From Parcubacteria group bacterium (GTDB lineage Bacteria > Patescibacteriota > Minisyncoccia > UBA10092), in NCBI GenBank assembly GCA_016186325.1, contig JACPLW010000012.1:18644-82643 (forward strand): a stretch of 64,000 nt of DNA, given 5' to 3'. Every line of letters begins with the position of its first letter. The first letter of the stretch is position 1. A program made the translations under genes and the position numbers. Positions 8,870-18,426 of this stretch are shown here, one piece after another. The notes under the pieces were generated by a model. That model was not told where the DNA came from and made no database searches. It saw only the letters and a program-made list of their open reading frames with translations.

Positions 8870-10697
8870 ATTTTAAATTATAAACAAAAATTGAATACCC
8901 AATTTTTACTACCGGCTTATACTGGTCAAGCCACGTATAAGAGCGTTCATTGTAAGAACAGGGGATTTTGTCGGCTTTGCAGGCGCCGCTGTAAATTGTC
9001 GCTGAAACTGCGAGCCACCCGGTTTGCGGCGCTTCGCGGTTGTAAGATTCAATCTTAACATTTTTAATATAATACTCCGCCGGAGCGCCGGAAAAATAAT
9101 CCATCTTAATTTCTTTGATATTATTTTTTTCTATAAAATCCGCTAGGCGCAAAATATCTTGCCCCCAATCTAAATTTGAATCAACAACCCATTTATGGCC
9201 ATTATTCGGTCCGCCGGCAATCTCGTTAAAGTAAGCAAGAAATGACGGATAAATAAAAAACACCGACAGAATCGCCCACGCGAAAAAAACTAAAATAACG
9301 AAGCTCCTCTTTATTCTTTTCCAATATAGACCGAATAGTTGCCAAAACCCGGAATAATTAGGAATTCTTTCGGTTATTCCTCCCTTAATCCAATTAGTAA
9401 TTTGACGCGCCGTGAGAGCGTAAATAAAAGGCAGTGTCGGCAGAATATGGCGTACGCCGATATTTAGCCGCGAATTTATTGAAAAAGCCCAATAAACTAT
9501 AATAATGGAAATCATTCCCGTTTCCACGGGGTTATTTTTTATTAAATCAATAAAATCCCGCCACCAGTGTTTTACCGATCGTTCACGGCAATGTCGAAAG
9601 CAGTGGTTTAACGCTAAAAGTAATCCAAAAACAACCATTAAAATATAAGCGAGCGGTTCTTTAATCAGATAAACGACGGGAAAATACGAGCGCGCTCCTT
9701 CCGCTGAAACTTCGCCAAGATAATAAGTCGTATTACCTCCTTCAGAACGCTGTAAAACCATCAAAAATCCTAAGAGATAGTGGCCCCAAGCTCTTAAATA
9801 TTGATTTGATGAAAGCCAAATATTAAAATCAGCAAGTGGCTTAATACCGAATGTGCTTAGTATAAATGTTGTGTCAACGGTTTGTTTTGAAGGCGGGTAA
9901 TTATAAATATGGAAGGCGTACACGGCGCCCACAAGTAAGAAAGATATAATCAAAGCAAAAATAAAACCTCCGACATACTTTTTTATCCAAAACCATTTTT
10001 TGTTTTGAATAAAAGCGTAAATTAAAGCAATCAACCCAAAAATCGGCATTAAAAGAAAGGTTGAAAATTTTGTAAGAAGCGCCAAACCAAGAACAACCCC
10101 GAAAACCCACAGATTTCTTTTTGTCGGCGTTTTAAGCCAGTGATATAAATAGTAAAAACTGATGAAAAACGCGGCTGCGGCGGCAACATCGGTGGTCACA
10201 AGCCGCGTATGCGCCAAAACGGTAGGGGAGAGAGAATAAAAGGCTAAAGCGATAATGCCGGCTAAATTACCCCACAATTCTTTGGTAAATCGCCAAATAT
10301 AAAATCCTAAAAGTAGCCCTATTAAAATTATAGGAATCCTCCCGTATCTCATCATTTTTTGCGCGTCGTTTCCGGAGTAATACAATAGATCGTTGCCAAA
10401 AGTAACATCTGTCTGCCAAGCCGGCGTTCTATTGATGTCCGACATCAATAGTGTGTTCCAGCCGGGACTTTGGTATGGAAATTTGATGTTTAAAAGTAAA
10501 AGCGGCAAGGCCGACAAATCTTTTACGAGAGGCGGATGTTCCGGATTTAGGCGCATATCTTGTTGCGTCAAATAAGAATAACCCGCCGGCAAGTGGATTC
10601 TTTCATCGTAATTGGCATTGTCATTCCACATGCTGGTTACGGCCAGCGCAGCAAAAACCACTAAAAGAATAAAAGCAATAATGTTGACAATTTTCAT
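8868..10697 (-). CDS. GT-C membrane glycosyltransferase (ArnT/PMT, family 39-like)
   Basis: DE..H..AG, LNPEHPPL.K, DSNLDWGQD motifs and many TMs; start reassigned to MKIVNII because the ORF extension overlaps tRNAs. Confidence 0.85.
   Translation of the reverse strand: MKIVNIIAFILLVVFAALAVTSMWNDNANYDERIHLPAGYSYLTQQDMRLNPEHPPLVKDLSALPLLLLNIKFPYQSPGWNTLLMSDINRTPAWQTDVTFGNDLLYYSGNDAQKMMRYGRIPIILIGLLLGFYIWRFTKELWGNLAGIIALAFYSLSPTVLAHTRLVTTDVAAAAAFFISFYYLYHWLKTPTKRNLWVFGVVLGLALLTKFSTFLLMPIFGLIALIYAFIQNKKWFWIKKYVGGFIFALIISFLLVGAVYAFHIYNYPPSKQTVDTTFILSTFGIKPLADFNIWLSSNQYLRAWGHYLLGFLMVLQRSEGGNTTYYLGEVSAEGARSYFPVVYLIKEPLAYILMVVFGLLLALNHCFRHCRERSVKHWWRDFIDLIKNNPVETGMISIIIVYWAFSINSRLNIGVRHILPTLPFIYALTARQITNWIKGGITERIPNYSGFWQLFGLYWKRIKRSFVILVFFAWAILSVFFIYPSFLAYFNEIAGGPNNGHKWVVDSNLDWGQDILRLADFIEKNNIKEIKMDYFSGAPAEYYIKNVKIESYNREAPQTGWLAVSATIYSGACKADKIPCSYNERSYTWLDQYKPVVKIGYSIFVYNLK
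10430..10450. repeat. Palindrome TATTGATGTCCGACATCAATA inside a CDS
   Basis: Same GATGTCCGACATC core occurs twice at 12162-12212. Confidence 0.7.
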
Positions 10698-10723
10698 AAA
10701 ATATGATAAATTAATAATGAGGT

Positions 10724-10808
10724 GCCGGCGTGGCGAAATGGCAGACGCGCTCCGCTTAAGATGGAGTGGGCAACTCCCGTGTCGGTTCAAGTCCGACCGC
10801 CGGTACCA
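10724..10808 (+). tRNA. tRNA-Leu(TAA)
   Basis: GCCGGCG acceptor, anticodon arm CTCCG-CT-TAA-GA-TGGAG, long variable arm, GTTCAAGTC, encoded CCA. Confidence 0.95.
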
Positions 10809-10829
10809 ATCTTTAAAAAACCAAGTGGC

Positions 10830-10904
10830 GCCGCCGTGACGCAATGGTAGCGTAGCGGCCTTTTAAGCCGAGAGTTGGAGGTTCAAGTCCTCCCGGCGGC
10901 ACCA
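10830..10904 (+). tRNA. tRNA-Lys(TTT)
   Basis: GCCGCCG/CGGCGGC acceptor, CT-TTT-AA loop, GTTCAAGTC, CCA. Confidence 0.93.
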
Positions 10905-10916
10905 TCTTCGAATAGT

Positions 10917-10991
10917 GGGCCCGTAGCTCAACGGTAGAGCAGCCGGCTCATAACCGGTAGAGCGGAGGTTCAAATCCTCCCGGGCCCACCA
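10917..10991 (+). tRNA. tRNA with CAT anticodon (probably Ile2, lysidine type; elongator Met not excluded)
   Basis: GGGCCCG/CGGGCCC acceptor, CT-CAT-AA loop, GTTCAAATC, CCA. Confidence 0.9.
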
Positions 10992-11025
10992 CTCCTTCGC
11001 TCAATGAGCTGCGGAGTGCAAGCAC

Positions 11026-11060
11026 CCCCCAACGCGAATGCGGTGGGGGACTTTATTTTT
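11026..11060 (+). terminator. Terminator of the tRNA cluster
   Basis: CCCCC..CGC-GAAT-GCG..GGGGG hairpin plus T-rich tail. Confidence 0.6.
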
Positions 11061-12684
11061 ATGGAACTATTAAAATCGGGGTGTTTAAATAAATAAATTC
11101 AATTTTACCTTCCGATAATTTTTTATTTAATTCGTGAAGAAACGTTAAATCAAAATAAAGGGGAACAATAACGACATTATTTCTCTCTAATTTTATTTTA
11201 TCAACCCCGTTAGAAGTCGACAAGTCGTCAGACGCTGTCGGCGTCTTACTTCTAACGGGGTCAAATTCATCTGCTTTTACATAATTTACATTAGATTTTC
11301 CATAACTAAGAAAATATACCGTTTGCGCTGAAACTGGTAATCCGTTGCTTGTCTCTTTATCATCAGCGTGCCAAATAACATATTTAAAAACACTGTCCGG
11401 CAAACTATTTAAGTAGTTTGCGATTTCAATCTGGCCTTTGGAAAAAGCATCGGCAGTGCGAATATTTGAAGCCCACCTGATAAAATATTTGTTATATTCC
11501 GCGAATCCTATAAATAATAAAAAAACGATTAGCAATACAAAAATCTTTTTTTTAGTTCTTAAAAGCTGATGGTGATTCAAATATTTTTGGATTTTTTCCC
11601 AAACCCAAACTAATCCGATACCGGCAAAAACCATTGCCGCCGGCATAGAGCCTAAAGCTCGCAAAGCGTGAGGGTTGCCCTCGGTTGATAAAACATTTGG
11701 TAAAAGAAAAATCAAAAGCCATGCCAAAAGGAATTTTTCACCAAACCCCAAACGCTTAACACTAATACAGAATCCTATAAGAAACAGAATACCGACCAGC
11801 CAAAATAATTGCGGCGAACCGGCAAAATTATGCCGCCAGTTCAGGTCGCCGACAATATTAAACATTCCTATGGTTGCCACAGTGCTTATGGCCGCTGATT
11901 TGAGAGGACTATCTGCCGAAAAAATTGAAACTTGGCCGCTTCTTCCAAAAAAATCGCCCGGATTATTCAGAAAGTAAATTCCTATTGGCAGAGCAACAAT
12001 AAAAGCCGTAATCGTGAAAATCGCAAATCCCGGCCACATATTTTTTGCTCGGTGTTTTGTAAGATAAAGTATAAAAAATACCGCGGCTAAAACGGGCGCA
12101 AAGCGATATGAAATATAGGTATAAAACCCAAGACCAAACAAAGCTCCCGCTAAAACCAACATAATTATCGATGTCCGACATCGATAATTATTGATGTCCG
12201 ACATCGATAATTTAAATCCGCGTATTAAAAAATAGAAAGACCAGATTAAAAATGGCAGCATCAGGCCGGCGCGAAAACCCATACGGCTGAAATTTACGGC
12301 CCAAAAACCAACGGCCATAAAAAAACTTGAGGCCAGCGCTATTTCAACGCTAAATAGCAACTTAGTTAGAAAAAATAGCCCCAAAACTGCTAAAACGCCC
12401 GCTATAGCAGGGAATAGTCTTAGAACCCAGGATTCTATGCCAAAAAATTTTATTGCTAAAGCGTCAAGCCATATTATCATTCCTTCGCGGCCATTGTTAT
12501 TGGTATAAAAAACCTTAAATTCCCCGGTTTTAAGCGACAATAAGGCGTCGGCGCCATTCATCGCCTCATCTTGATAAAGGCCCGGCGGTATAACGTCAAA
12601 TTGCCAGAATCTGAAAAAAACCGCGATAGCGATAATTAACAATAAAATCGCCGCGTGCCTATGTTTATAAAATAATTTTGTCAT
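11059..12684 (-). CDS. GT-C membrane glycosyltransferase (ArnT/PMT, family 39-like)
   Basis: PPGLY.DEAMNG.DA, NNGREG, multi-TM; carries two repeat insertions. Confidence 0.85.
   Translation of the reverse strand: MTKLFYKHRHAAILLLIIAIAVFFRFWQFDVIPPGLYQDEAMNGADALLSLKTGEFKVFYTNNNGREGMIIWLDALAIKFFGIESWVLRLFPAIAGVLAVLGLFFLTKLLFSVEIALASSFFMAVGFWAVNFSRMGFRAGLMLPFLIWSFYFLIRGFKLSMSDINNYRCRTSIIMLVLAGALFGLGFYTYISYRFAPVLAAVFFILYLTKHRAKNMWPGFAIFTITAFIVALPIGIYFLNNPGDFFGRSGQVSIFSADSPLKSAAISTVATIGMFNIVGDLNWRHNFAGSPQLFWLVGILFLIGFCISVKRLGFGEKFLLAWLLIFLLPNVLSTEGNPHALRALGSMPAAMVFAGIGLVWVWEKIQKYLNHHQLLRTKKKIFVLLIVFLLFIGFAEYNKYFIRWASNIRTADAFSKGQIEIANYLNSLPDSVFKYVIWHADDKETSNGLPVSAQTVYFLSYGKSNVNYVKADEFDPVRSKTPTASDDLSTSNGVDKIKLERNNVVIVPLYFDLTFLHELNKKLSEGKIEFIYLNTPILIVP
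11205..11260. mobile_element. Miniature inverted-repeat element, CCCGTTAGAA family (short GC-rich form), in frame in a CDS
   Basis: TIR CCCCGTTAGAAGT/ACTTCTAACGGGG, TCAA duplicated on both sides; 56+4=60 bp. Confidence 0.88.
12162..12212. repeat. Two tandem GATGTCCGACATC palindromes inside a CDS
   Basis: TAATTATCGATGTCCGACATCGATAATTA followed by a near-identical second copy 23 bp on. Confidence 0.8.
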
Positions 12685-12713
12685 AATATGAGATGCTGGT
12701 ATAATGTTAACAT

Positions 12714-12911
12714 ATGAATACTGAACAAGAAAAACAACATGCCCCGGAAATCGAAGCTTTGGTCCAAATTGCTTTTGATAAGGGCATTGCCAAAGCTATT
12801 GAAGAGGCGAAAGCCAAAAATGATCCGCATCTCTTTGATGACTTTCACGACGCTTTGATTGACCGCTTTTATCAGAAGCTGGTTGAAGCGGGGAAAATAA
12901 CTAATAATTAA
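12714..12911 (+). CDS. Small helical hypothetical protein
   Basis: 65-aa ORF with normal composition, upstream of the ATPase gene. Confidence 0.75.
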   Translation: MNTEQEKQHAPEIEALVQIAFDKGIAKAIEEAKAKNDPHLFDDFHDALIDRFYQKLVEAGKITNN

Positions 12912-12942
12912 CAGCTGGTAGTTTTATAGCTTACGGAATAAA

Positions 12943-15363
12943 ATGCTTTACTTATTTTTATTATTTATTTTCACAATCACCTTAATTTTGTGGCTGATTT
13001 GGTTTGTATGGAACAGAGCCTGGCAAAAGGGCATGATTTTTAGTTCATTAAACTATGTTTTGCTTGAAGTGCGCCTCCCAAAAATAATAGAAACTATTGA
13101 CAGCGCGAAAGAAAAAGAAAAATTGGCCGTAATGGAGCAATTCTATAATTCTTTAAACGCCATTCTGCCGCGAAAAAAAGGCTTTCTAAAGCCGAGGCCT
13201 TATTTGGTTTTTGAAATCGCGGTGCCGGAAAACGGCGAAGAAATCTTTTTTCACTTGGCAGTTCCCAAAAAATTCCTAAACACGATTCAAAGACAGCTTC
13301 AAGGATTCTTCCCGGAAGCAGAAATTAATGCCGTAAACGATTACAACATTTTTAACCGCAATGGGAAAAGCGTAGGATCAATCCTTAGGTTAAAACGGAA
13401 TTACGTTTTACCGTTTCAAACCTACAAAAAACTGGAAACCAGCACTTTGGGATTAATCACCAACGCCATTTCTCTGCTTGAGGCGAAAGGCGAGGGGGTT
13501 GCGATTCAAATTTTAGTGAGGCCGACAAGCGCTTCTTCAAAAAGCGATGCCTCAAAAATCATAAAACATTTATATTCCGGAAAACACCTGGACTCCGCTA
13601 TAGGCGAGTTGGATGACCCTCTCTCGTTTATAGACGCTATAAGAAATTTTTTTAATATAAAAAATTCCAAAGAAAAAGAAAAAAAACAAATACCGGAATC
13701 TCAAACTCCTTTAACGCCTCTTGCCAAGGATTTGATTGACGCCGTAGACAGCAAGGCAAAGCAACAGCTATTTGAAACTAATATCCGAGTTTTGGCGTCA
13801 GCCGAAACTGAAGAACGGGCCTTGCAGATTCTGTCAAACATAGAAAGCGCCTTTGCTCAATTTGAGGCGCCGGATTTAAATTATTTTTACAGTTACCGGC
13901 CCCAAAAAAATATATTAAAAAAATTAATTTATAACTTTTCATTCCGTTTATTCAACCCTCCGGAAACCGATTGGCTTTCCGGCGAGGAGTTAACCAGCGT
14001 ATTTCATCTGCCGATTGTAAAAATCGAAACTCCAAAAGTGAGGTTTCTTAAATCAAAAGCCGCGCCTCCGCCGGCAATTTTGCCGTCTGCCGGAGTAACT
14101 TTGGGCAAAAATGAATTCAGAGGCCAGGAGACGCTTATCAAATTAAGCCCGCTCGATAGAAGACGGCATTTATACGTTATCGGCCAGACCGGCACCGGCA
14201 AAAGCTATCTGTTAAGAAACCTCATCAAGCAAGACATCGACAGCGGTGCCGGCGTTGGCATAATCGACCCGCATGGCGATTTAGTAGAAGCAATTTTGGG
14301 GCTCGTGCCGCAATCGCGTCTTAATGATGTTATCCTGTTTGATCCTGCTGATACGGAATGGCCGATAGGTTTAAATCTTCTTGAAGCGTCTACGGCAACA
14401 GAAAAAGATTTCGCGATTCAGGAAATTATTGCCATTTTCCAAAAGCTTTTTTTGGCAGAACACCTGGGCCCTATTTTTGAACATTCAATGAGAAACGCGA
14501 TGCTTACTTTGATGGCCGATGGAGAAAATCCGGGCACTTTGGTTGATATCCCCAGAATTTTTACAGATCCGATTTTTGTCCGCCAGCTTCTTATAAAAGT
14601 AACCGATCCGTTGGTTCGCGATTACTGGGAAAAAGAAATGCTTAAAATGACGGAACAATATAAATCAGAGATGCTGGGATACTTAATTTCCAAAATCGGC
14701 CGTTTTGTTGAAAATTCAATGATGAGAAATATTATCGGCCAAACCCGGTCGGGTATTGATTTTGATGACGTGATAAATAACGGTAAAATTCTCCTGATTA
14801 ACCTTTCCAAAGGAAGATTGGGAGAAATAAATAGCGCGCTTTTGGGACTCATCATCACCGCCAAACTTCAAATGGCAGCATTTAAACGTGCCGAAGAAAA
14901 GAATGAGGAGATGAGGCGCGACTTCTACCTTTATATGGACGAATTCCAAAATTTCGCGACCGATTCTATTGCCACCACTCTTTCGGAAGCTCGAAAATAT
15001 CGCTTAAACCTTATTTTGGCGCATCAGTTCATTGCCCAGCTTACGGAAAAAATCCGCGATTCCGTATTTGGAAACGTAGGTTCAACCGTGTCTTTTCGAA
15101 TCGGACCCGATGACGCCAAATTTTTGGTCAAACAATTTGAGCCGGTATTTAACGAGTCAGATTTAATAAATATTGATAACCGCCATGCTTATGCCAAACT
15201 TCTTATCGGCGGCGCCACGACCACTCCCTTCAACTTTACAACCGAAACTGTCAAAGAAGGAAGTTTAGACGAAGCCGAGAAACTTAGGGAATTAAACCGG
15301 CAAAAATATGCCCGGCCTAGAACGGAAGTTGAAGAAATTATAAATAAGCGATTTAAACAATAG
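12943..15363 (+). CDS. TraG/VirD4/HerA-like membrane-anchored ATPase (DUF87/TrwB-like)
   Basis: N-terminal TM, RRRHLYVIGQTGTGKS Walker A, IDPHGDL, YMDEFQNF Walker B, EARKYRL.L.LAHQ. Confidence 0.88.
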   Translation: MLYLFLLFIFTITLILWLIWFVWNRAWQKGMIFSSLNYVLLEVRLPKIIETIDSAKEKEKLAVMEQFYNSLNAILPRKKGFLKPRPYLVFEIAVPENGEEIFFHLAVPKKFLNTIQRQLQGFFPEAEINAVNDYNIFNRNGKSVGSILRLKRNYVLPFQTYKKLETSTLGLITNAISLLEAKGEGVAIQILVRPTSASSKSDASKIIKHLYSGKHLDSAIGELDDPLSFIDAIRNFFNIKNSKEKEKKQIPESQTPLTPLAKDLIDAVDSKAKQQLFETNIRVLASAETEERALQILSNIESAFAQFEAPDLNYFYSYRPQKNILKKLIYNFSFRLFNPPETDWLSGEELTSVFHLPIVKIETPKVRFLKSKAAPPPAILPSAGVTLGKNEFRGQETLIKLSPLDRRRHLYVIGQTGTGKSYLLRNLIKQDIDSGAGVGIIDPHGDLVEAILGLVPQSRLNDVILFDPADTEWPIGLNLLEASTATEKDFAIQEIIAIFQKLFLAEHLGPIFEHSMRNAMLTLMADGENPGTLVDIPRIFTDPIFVRQLLIKVTDPLVRDYWEKEMLKMTEQYKSEMLGYLISKIGRFVENSMMRNIIGQTRSGIDFDDVINNGKILLINLSKGRLGEINSALLGLIITAKLQMAAFKRAEEKNEEMRRDFYLYMDEFQNFATDSIATTLSEARKYRLNLILAHQFIAQLTEKIRDSVFGNVGSTVSFRIGPDDAKFLVKQFEPVFNESDLINIDNRHAYAKLLIGGATTTPFNFTTETVKEGSLDEAEKLRELNRQKYARPRTEVEEIINKRFKQ

Positions 15364-15365
15364 AA

Positions 15366-16001
15366 ATGTTTTTTTCAAAAAAAGACTTTTGGTTAGCGGT
15401 TTTAGCCGGTGAAATTGTTGCCTGGCTCTCTTTACCAACTTTAAAAAATCTAAAAATTTTAGGCCTTCTTGCGGAGCGAGGAATTGGTTTAACCGGTTTT
15501 GTTTTTTTCTGGGCGATATTTATTCCGCTCTGTGCCATTGCCGGACTTGGCGCGTTTTATTTTTTAGCAAAATACAAAGAGCGGGTTGGTTTTTTTCAAC
15601 TTGGGAAATACGGCGTGATTGGGGTTTTAAACACTTTTCTTAACGCCGGAGTTTATAACCTTTTAATATTTATTACCGATACTTCAACCGGCATTACGGT
15701 TGATTTGTTTTTTGTGGCCGCCTTTATTGTCACCGTTATAAATAGTTTTATTTGGAACAAATACTGGTCATTTGAAGAACGGGGAACGGAAACAATTGCA
15801 AGTGAGGCATTAAGATTTTTTAGTGTTTCTGCCACCGTGGCGGTTATAAATATTGCCATTCTTCATGTGATTATAAACATTATTGGCACGCCAGCCGGAC
15901 TAGACTCCAAAATTTGGGCTAATATAGCGCTCGCTTTCACAATTGTTACGGCCTTCTTCGGCAACTTTTTCGGCTATAAATTCATCGTTTTTAAAAAATA
16001 A
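15366..16001 (+). CDS. GtrA-family membrane protein (putative flippase)
   Basis: Q.GKY..IG.LNT, NSF.WNKYW.F, NF.GYKF.VF. Confidence 0.85.
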   Translation: MFFSKKDFWLAVLAGEIVAWLSLPTLKNLKILGLLAERGIGLTGFVFFWAIFIPLCAIAGLGAFYFLAKYKERVGFFQLGKYGVIGVLNTFLNAGVYNLLIFITDTSTGITVDLFFVAAFIVTVINSFIWNKYWSFEERGTETIASEALRFFSVSATVAVINIAILHVIINIIGTPAGLDSKIWANIALAFTIVTAFFGNFFGYKFIVFKK

Positions 16002-16013
16002 CCCTAATAACCC

Positions 16014-17123
16014 TTGAACCAATCTTCTGATTTTTATAACCTCGGAATTGCGCCTAATATTTTAGAGGTGCTTAATAAACTTAACTTCAAGATTCCCACG
16101 CCTATCCAGGAAAAATCAATCCCCCTTGCAATAGAGGGAAAAGACATGATAGGTATTGCCCAAACAGGTACCGGGAAAACACTTGCTTTTGGCGTGCCAA
16201 TGATTCAAGCGGCCCTGCGCGGCAAAGAGGGACTCGTTGTACTGCCAACGCGAGAGCTGGCCTTCCAAGTAAATGAGGTCTTTCAAAAAATTGGGTTGCA
16301 TCTTGGTGTACGAACGGCAGTTTTAATCGGCGGCGAGTCAATCAACCGCCAGATTCAATCACTTCGCAAAAACCCGCAAATCGTAATCGGCACTCCGGGA
16401 CGGATTATTGACCATCTGGAACAAAAAACAATTTCGCTTGGATCGGTCGCTGTTTTGGTGTTAGACGAGGCAGACCGGATGCTTGATATGGGTTTTGCGC
16501 CGCAATTGAAACAGATACTTCAAACATTGCCGCAAAATCGGCAAACCATGCTTTTTTCGGCGACAATGCCCCAGGATATTTTTACTATAGCGCGAGCATA
16601 CATGAAACTTCCTGTTCGCGTTGAAGTGGCTCCGTCAGGCACTCCACCGGCAAAAATCACCCAAGAGCTTTTCTTTTTAGAGAAACAGGATAAACCGCGG
16701 CTTCTTAAAAAAATTCTTGATGAATATCGCGGATCAATACTGGTATTCGCACGCACAAAACACGGCGCCAGGAAAATTACGCAAGGTATTCGAACGCTTG
16801 GCCATACCGTGGCCGAAATTCATTCCAATAGATCGCTAAACCAACGCAGAGAGGCACTTAATGGATTTAGGAATGGGAAATATAGGATTCTTATCGCTAC
16901 CGACATTGCCGCCCGCGGCATAGATGTGAAGGGGATTGAACTTGTTTTAAACTATGACCTTCCTCAACATCCCGAAAATTATGTCCATCGCATCGGACGG
17001 ACCGGACGAGTAGGCGGCATCGGACATGCCATATCTTTCGCCACTCCAGATCAGAAAAATGACGTGAGGGGAATTGAGCGTCTCATTCGCGCAACACTGC
17101 CTGTCTCCAAACGCTACTCGTAA
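16014..17123 (+). CDS. DEAD-box RNA helicase (RhlE-like)
   Basis: AQTGTGKT, PTRELA, DEADRMLDMGF, SAT, HRIGRTGR. Confidence 0.95.
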   Translation: MNQSSDFYNLGIAPNILEVLNKLNFKIPTPIQEKSIPLAIEGKDMIGIAQTGTGKTLAFGVPMIQAALRGKEGLVVLPTRELAFQVNEVFQKIGLHLGVRTAVLIGGESINRQIQSLRKNPQIVIGTPGRIIDHLEQKTISLGSVAVLVLDEADRMLDMGFAPQLKQILQTLPQNRQTMLFSATMPQDIFTIARAYMKLPVRVEVAPSGTPPAKITQELFFLEKQDKPRLLKKILDEYRGSILVFARTKHGARKITQGIRTLGHTVAEIHSNRSLNQRREALNGFRNGKYRILIATDIAARGIDVKGIELVLNYDLPQHPENYVHRIGRTGRVGGIGHAISFATPDQKNDVRGIERLIRATLPVSKRYS

Positions 17124-17344
17124 GCAAACCTTAAATTGCCATCTTTGTTCAATCGAAAAAATAAGGTAATCGTAACCTTATTTTTATTTTTAAAAACTAA
17201 GCGAGAATTTCCAGCCAAGTTGGCTTTTTTACTGACAAACTTAACAATGCCTTCTTCTTTTGCCAGAACGAGACGTTTTGCTTCTACATCCAGTTTTTGA
17301 TTTAGCTCTTTTAGAGAAACGGGTAGAAACTTAGGTTTGTTCAT
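17114..17344 (-). CDS. Hypothetical basic protein
   Basis: 76-aa ATG ORF filling the gap downstream of obgE. Confidence 0.55.
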   Translation of the reverse strand: MNKPKFLPVSLKELNQKLDVEAKRLVLAKEEGIVKFVSKKANLAGNSRLVFKNKNKVTITLFFRLNKDGNLRFAYE

Positions 17345-17399
17345 ATTGAAGCAATTTTACCACGCATTCATTAATAAAACAATTCCAAGGGCCTAATTT

Positions 17400-18362
17400 T
17401 TATTTCTTATTCTTAATGTCATTTAGGATCTTTTCTATATTTTTTATGCTTTTTTGGTCATTGATAGAGATCGCTATTGCATGAGGATCTATTTTTTTAA
17501 GCGCCAGTAATTTTTTATCAAGTTCTTCTGGTGTTACCAGGTCGCTCTTGGTAAGAAAAATGCGTTCTGGTTTTTTAAGAAGGGCCTTGTTCCAGGCGCC
17601 TAATTCTTTGCGGATTACCCTGTAGTCTTTTAAAGGAGCGGGGGATTCTGCTCTAATAAAATGGAAAAGAATATGTGTTCGCTCAATATGGCGCAGAAAC
17701 TTGATACCCAAGCCCCGGCCACTTGATGATCCCTCTATTAGCCCCGGAATATCCGCTAAGATAAGTTCGTAATATGCGCCTAAACTGGGTTCAAGCGTAG
17801 TAAATGGATAATTTGCTACTTTGCTTCTGGCATTAGTAAGCTTATTGAGCAGGCTTGATTTGCCGACATTTGGAAGCCCTATAAAACCGATATCGGCAAT
17901 GAACTTAAGCTCGAATCTGAACGCAAAACTCTCTCCCGGCGTACCCGGTTGAAATTGTGTCGGTGAAGTGTTGGTTGAAGAACGAAAATAAAAATTACCG
18001 TTTCCTCCAATTCCGCCTTTCGCGAGGATAATCCGCTCGCCGATCTTTTTAAAGTTAATTTCTTTGCCGCTTGTAAGATTGTGGGCCACGGTTCCTACCG
18101 GAAGTTTTAGGATGAGATCGCTTCCGTCGCGACCAACGCGAAATTGGTCACGGCCGGGACTGCCGTTTTCCGCGGAAAATTCTTTTTTAAAACGAAATTG
18201 CTGGAGCGCGGTAAGATCGGAGACGCCCATGCCCAAGACACTGCCGCCTTTACCGCCTCTGCCGCCAACCGGTCCCAAATTCATCTTATTTTTATTAAAC
18301 GCCACGGCGCCCTTCCCGCCATGTCCGGCGTTTATTTTTATTTCAACGTCATCAATAAGCAT
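17400..18362 (-). CDS. obgE: GTPase Obg/CgtA
   Basis: Gly-rich Obg fold, GLPNVGKSS, YPFTTL, DIPGLIEG, TKSD. Confidence 0.95.
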   Translation of the reverse strand: MLIDDVEIKINAGHGGKGAVAFNKNKMNLGPVGGRGGKGGSVLGMGVSDLTALQQFRFKKEFSAENGSPGRDQFRVGRDGSDLILKLPVGTVAHNLTSGKEINFKKIGERIILAKGGIGGNGNFYFRSSTNTSPTQFQPGTPGESFAFRFELKFIADIGFIGLPNVGKSSLLNKLTNARSKVANYPFTTLEPSLGAYYELILADIPGLIEGSSSGRGLGIKFLRHIERTHILFHFIRAESPAPLKDYRVIRKELGAWNKALLKKPERIFLTKSDLVTPEELDKKLLALKKIDPHAIAISINDQKSIKNIEKILNDIKNKK

Positions 18363-18378
18363 TGATTTTAAATTCTAC

Positions 18379-18426
18379 AAAAAAACGGCGCGCCGGAAAC
18401 CGCTCGATGCGGTTTCCCGGCGCGCC
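18379..18426 (-). terminator. Terminator-like hairpin in the obgE leader (possible attenuator)
   Basis: 17-bp GC stem 18387-18426 followed on the minus strand by T7, which ends 16 nt before the obgE ATG. Confidence 0.7.

Noticed and set aside
10698-10844. N-terminal extension of the 658-aa ORF, and ORF 10612-10839
   Set aside because: Both read through tRNA-Leu/tRNA-Lys genes.
12943-15363. Integrative conjugative element
   Set aside because: No relaxase, integrase, virB genes or att repeats seen.
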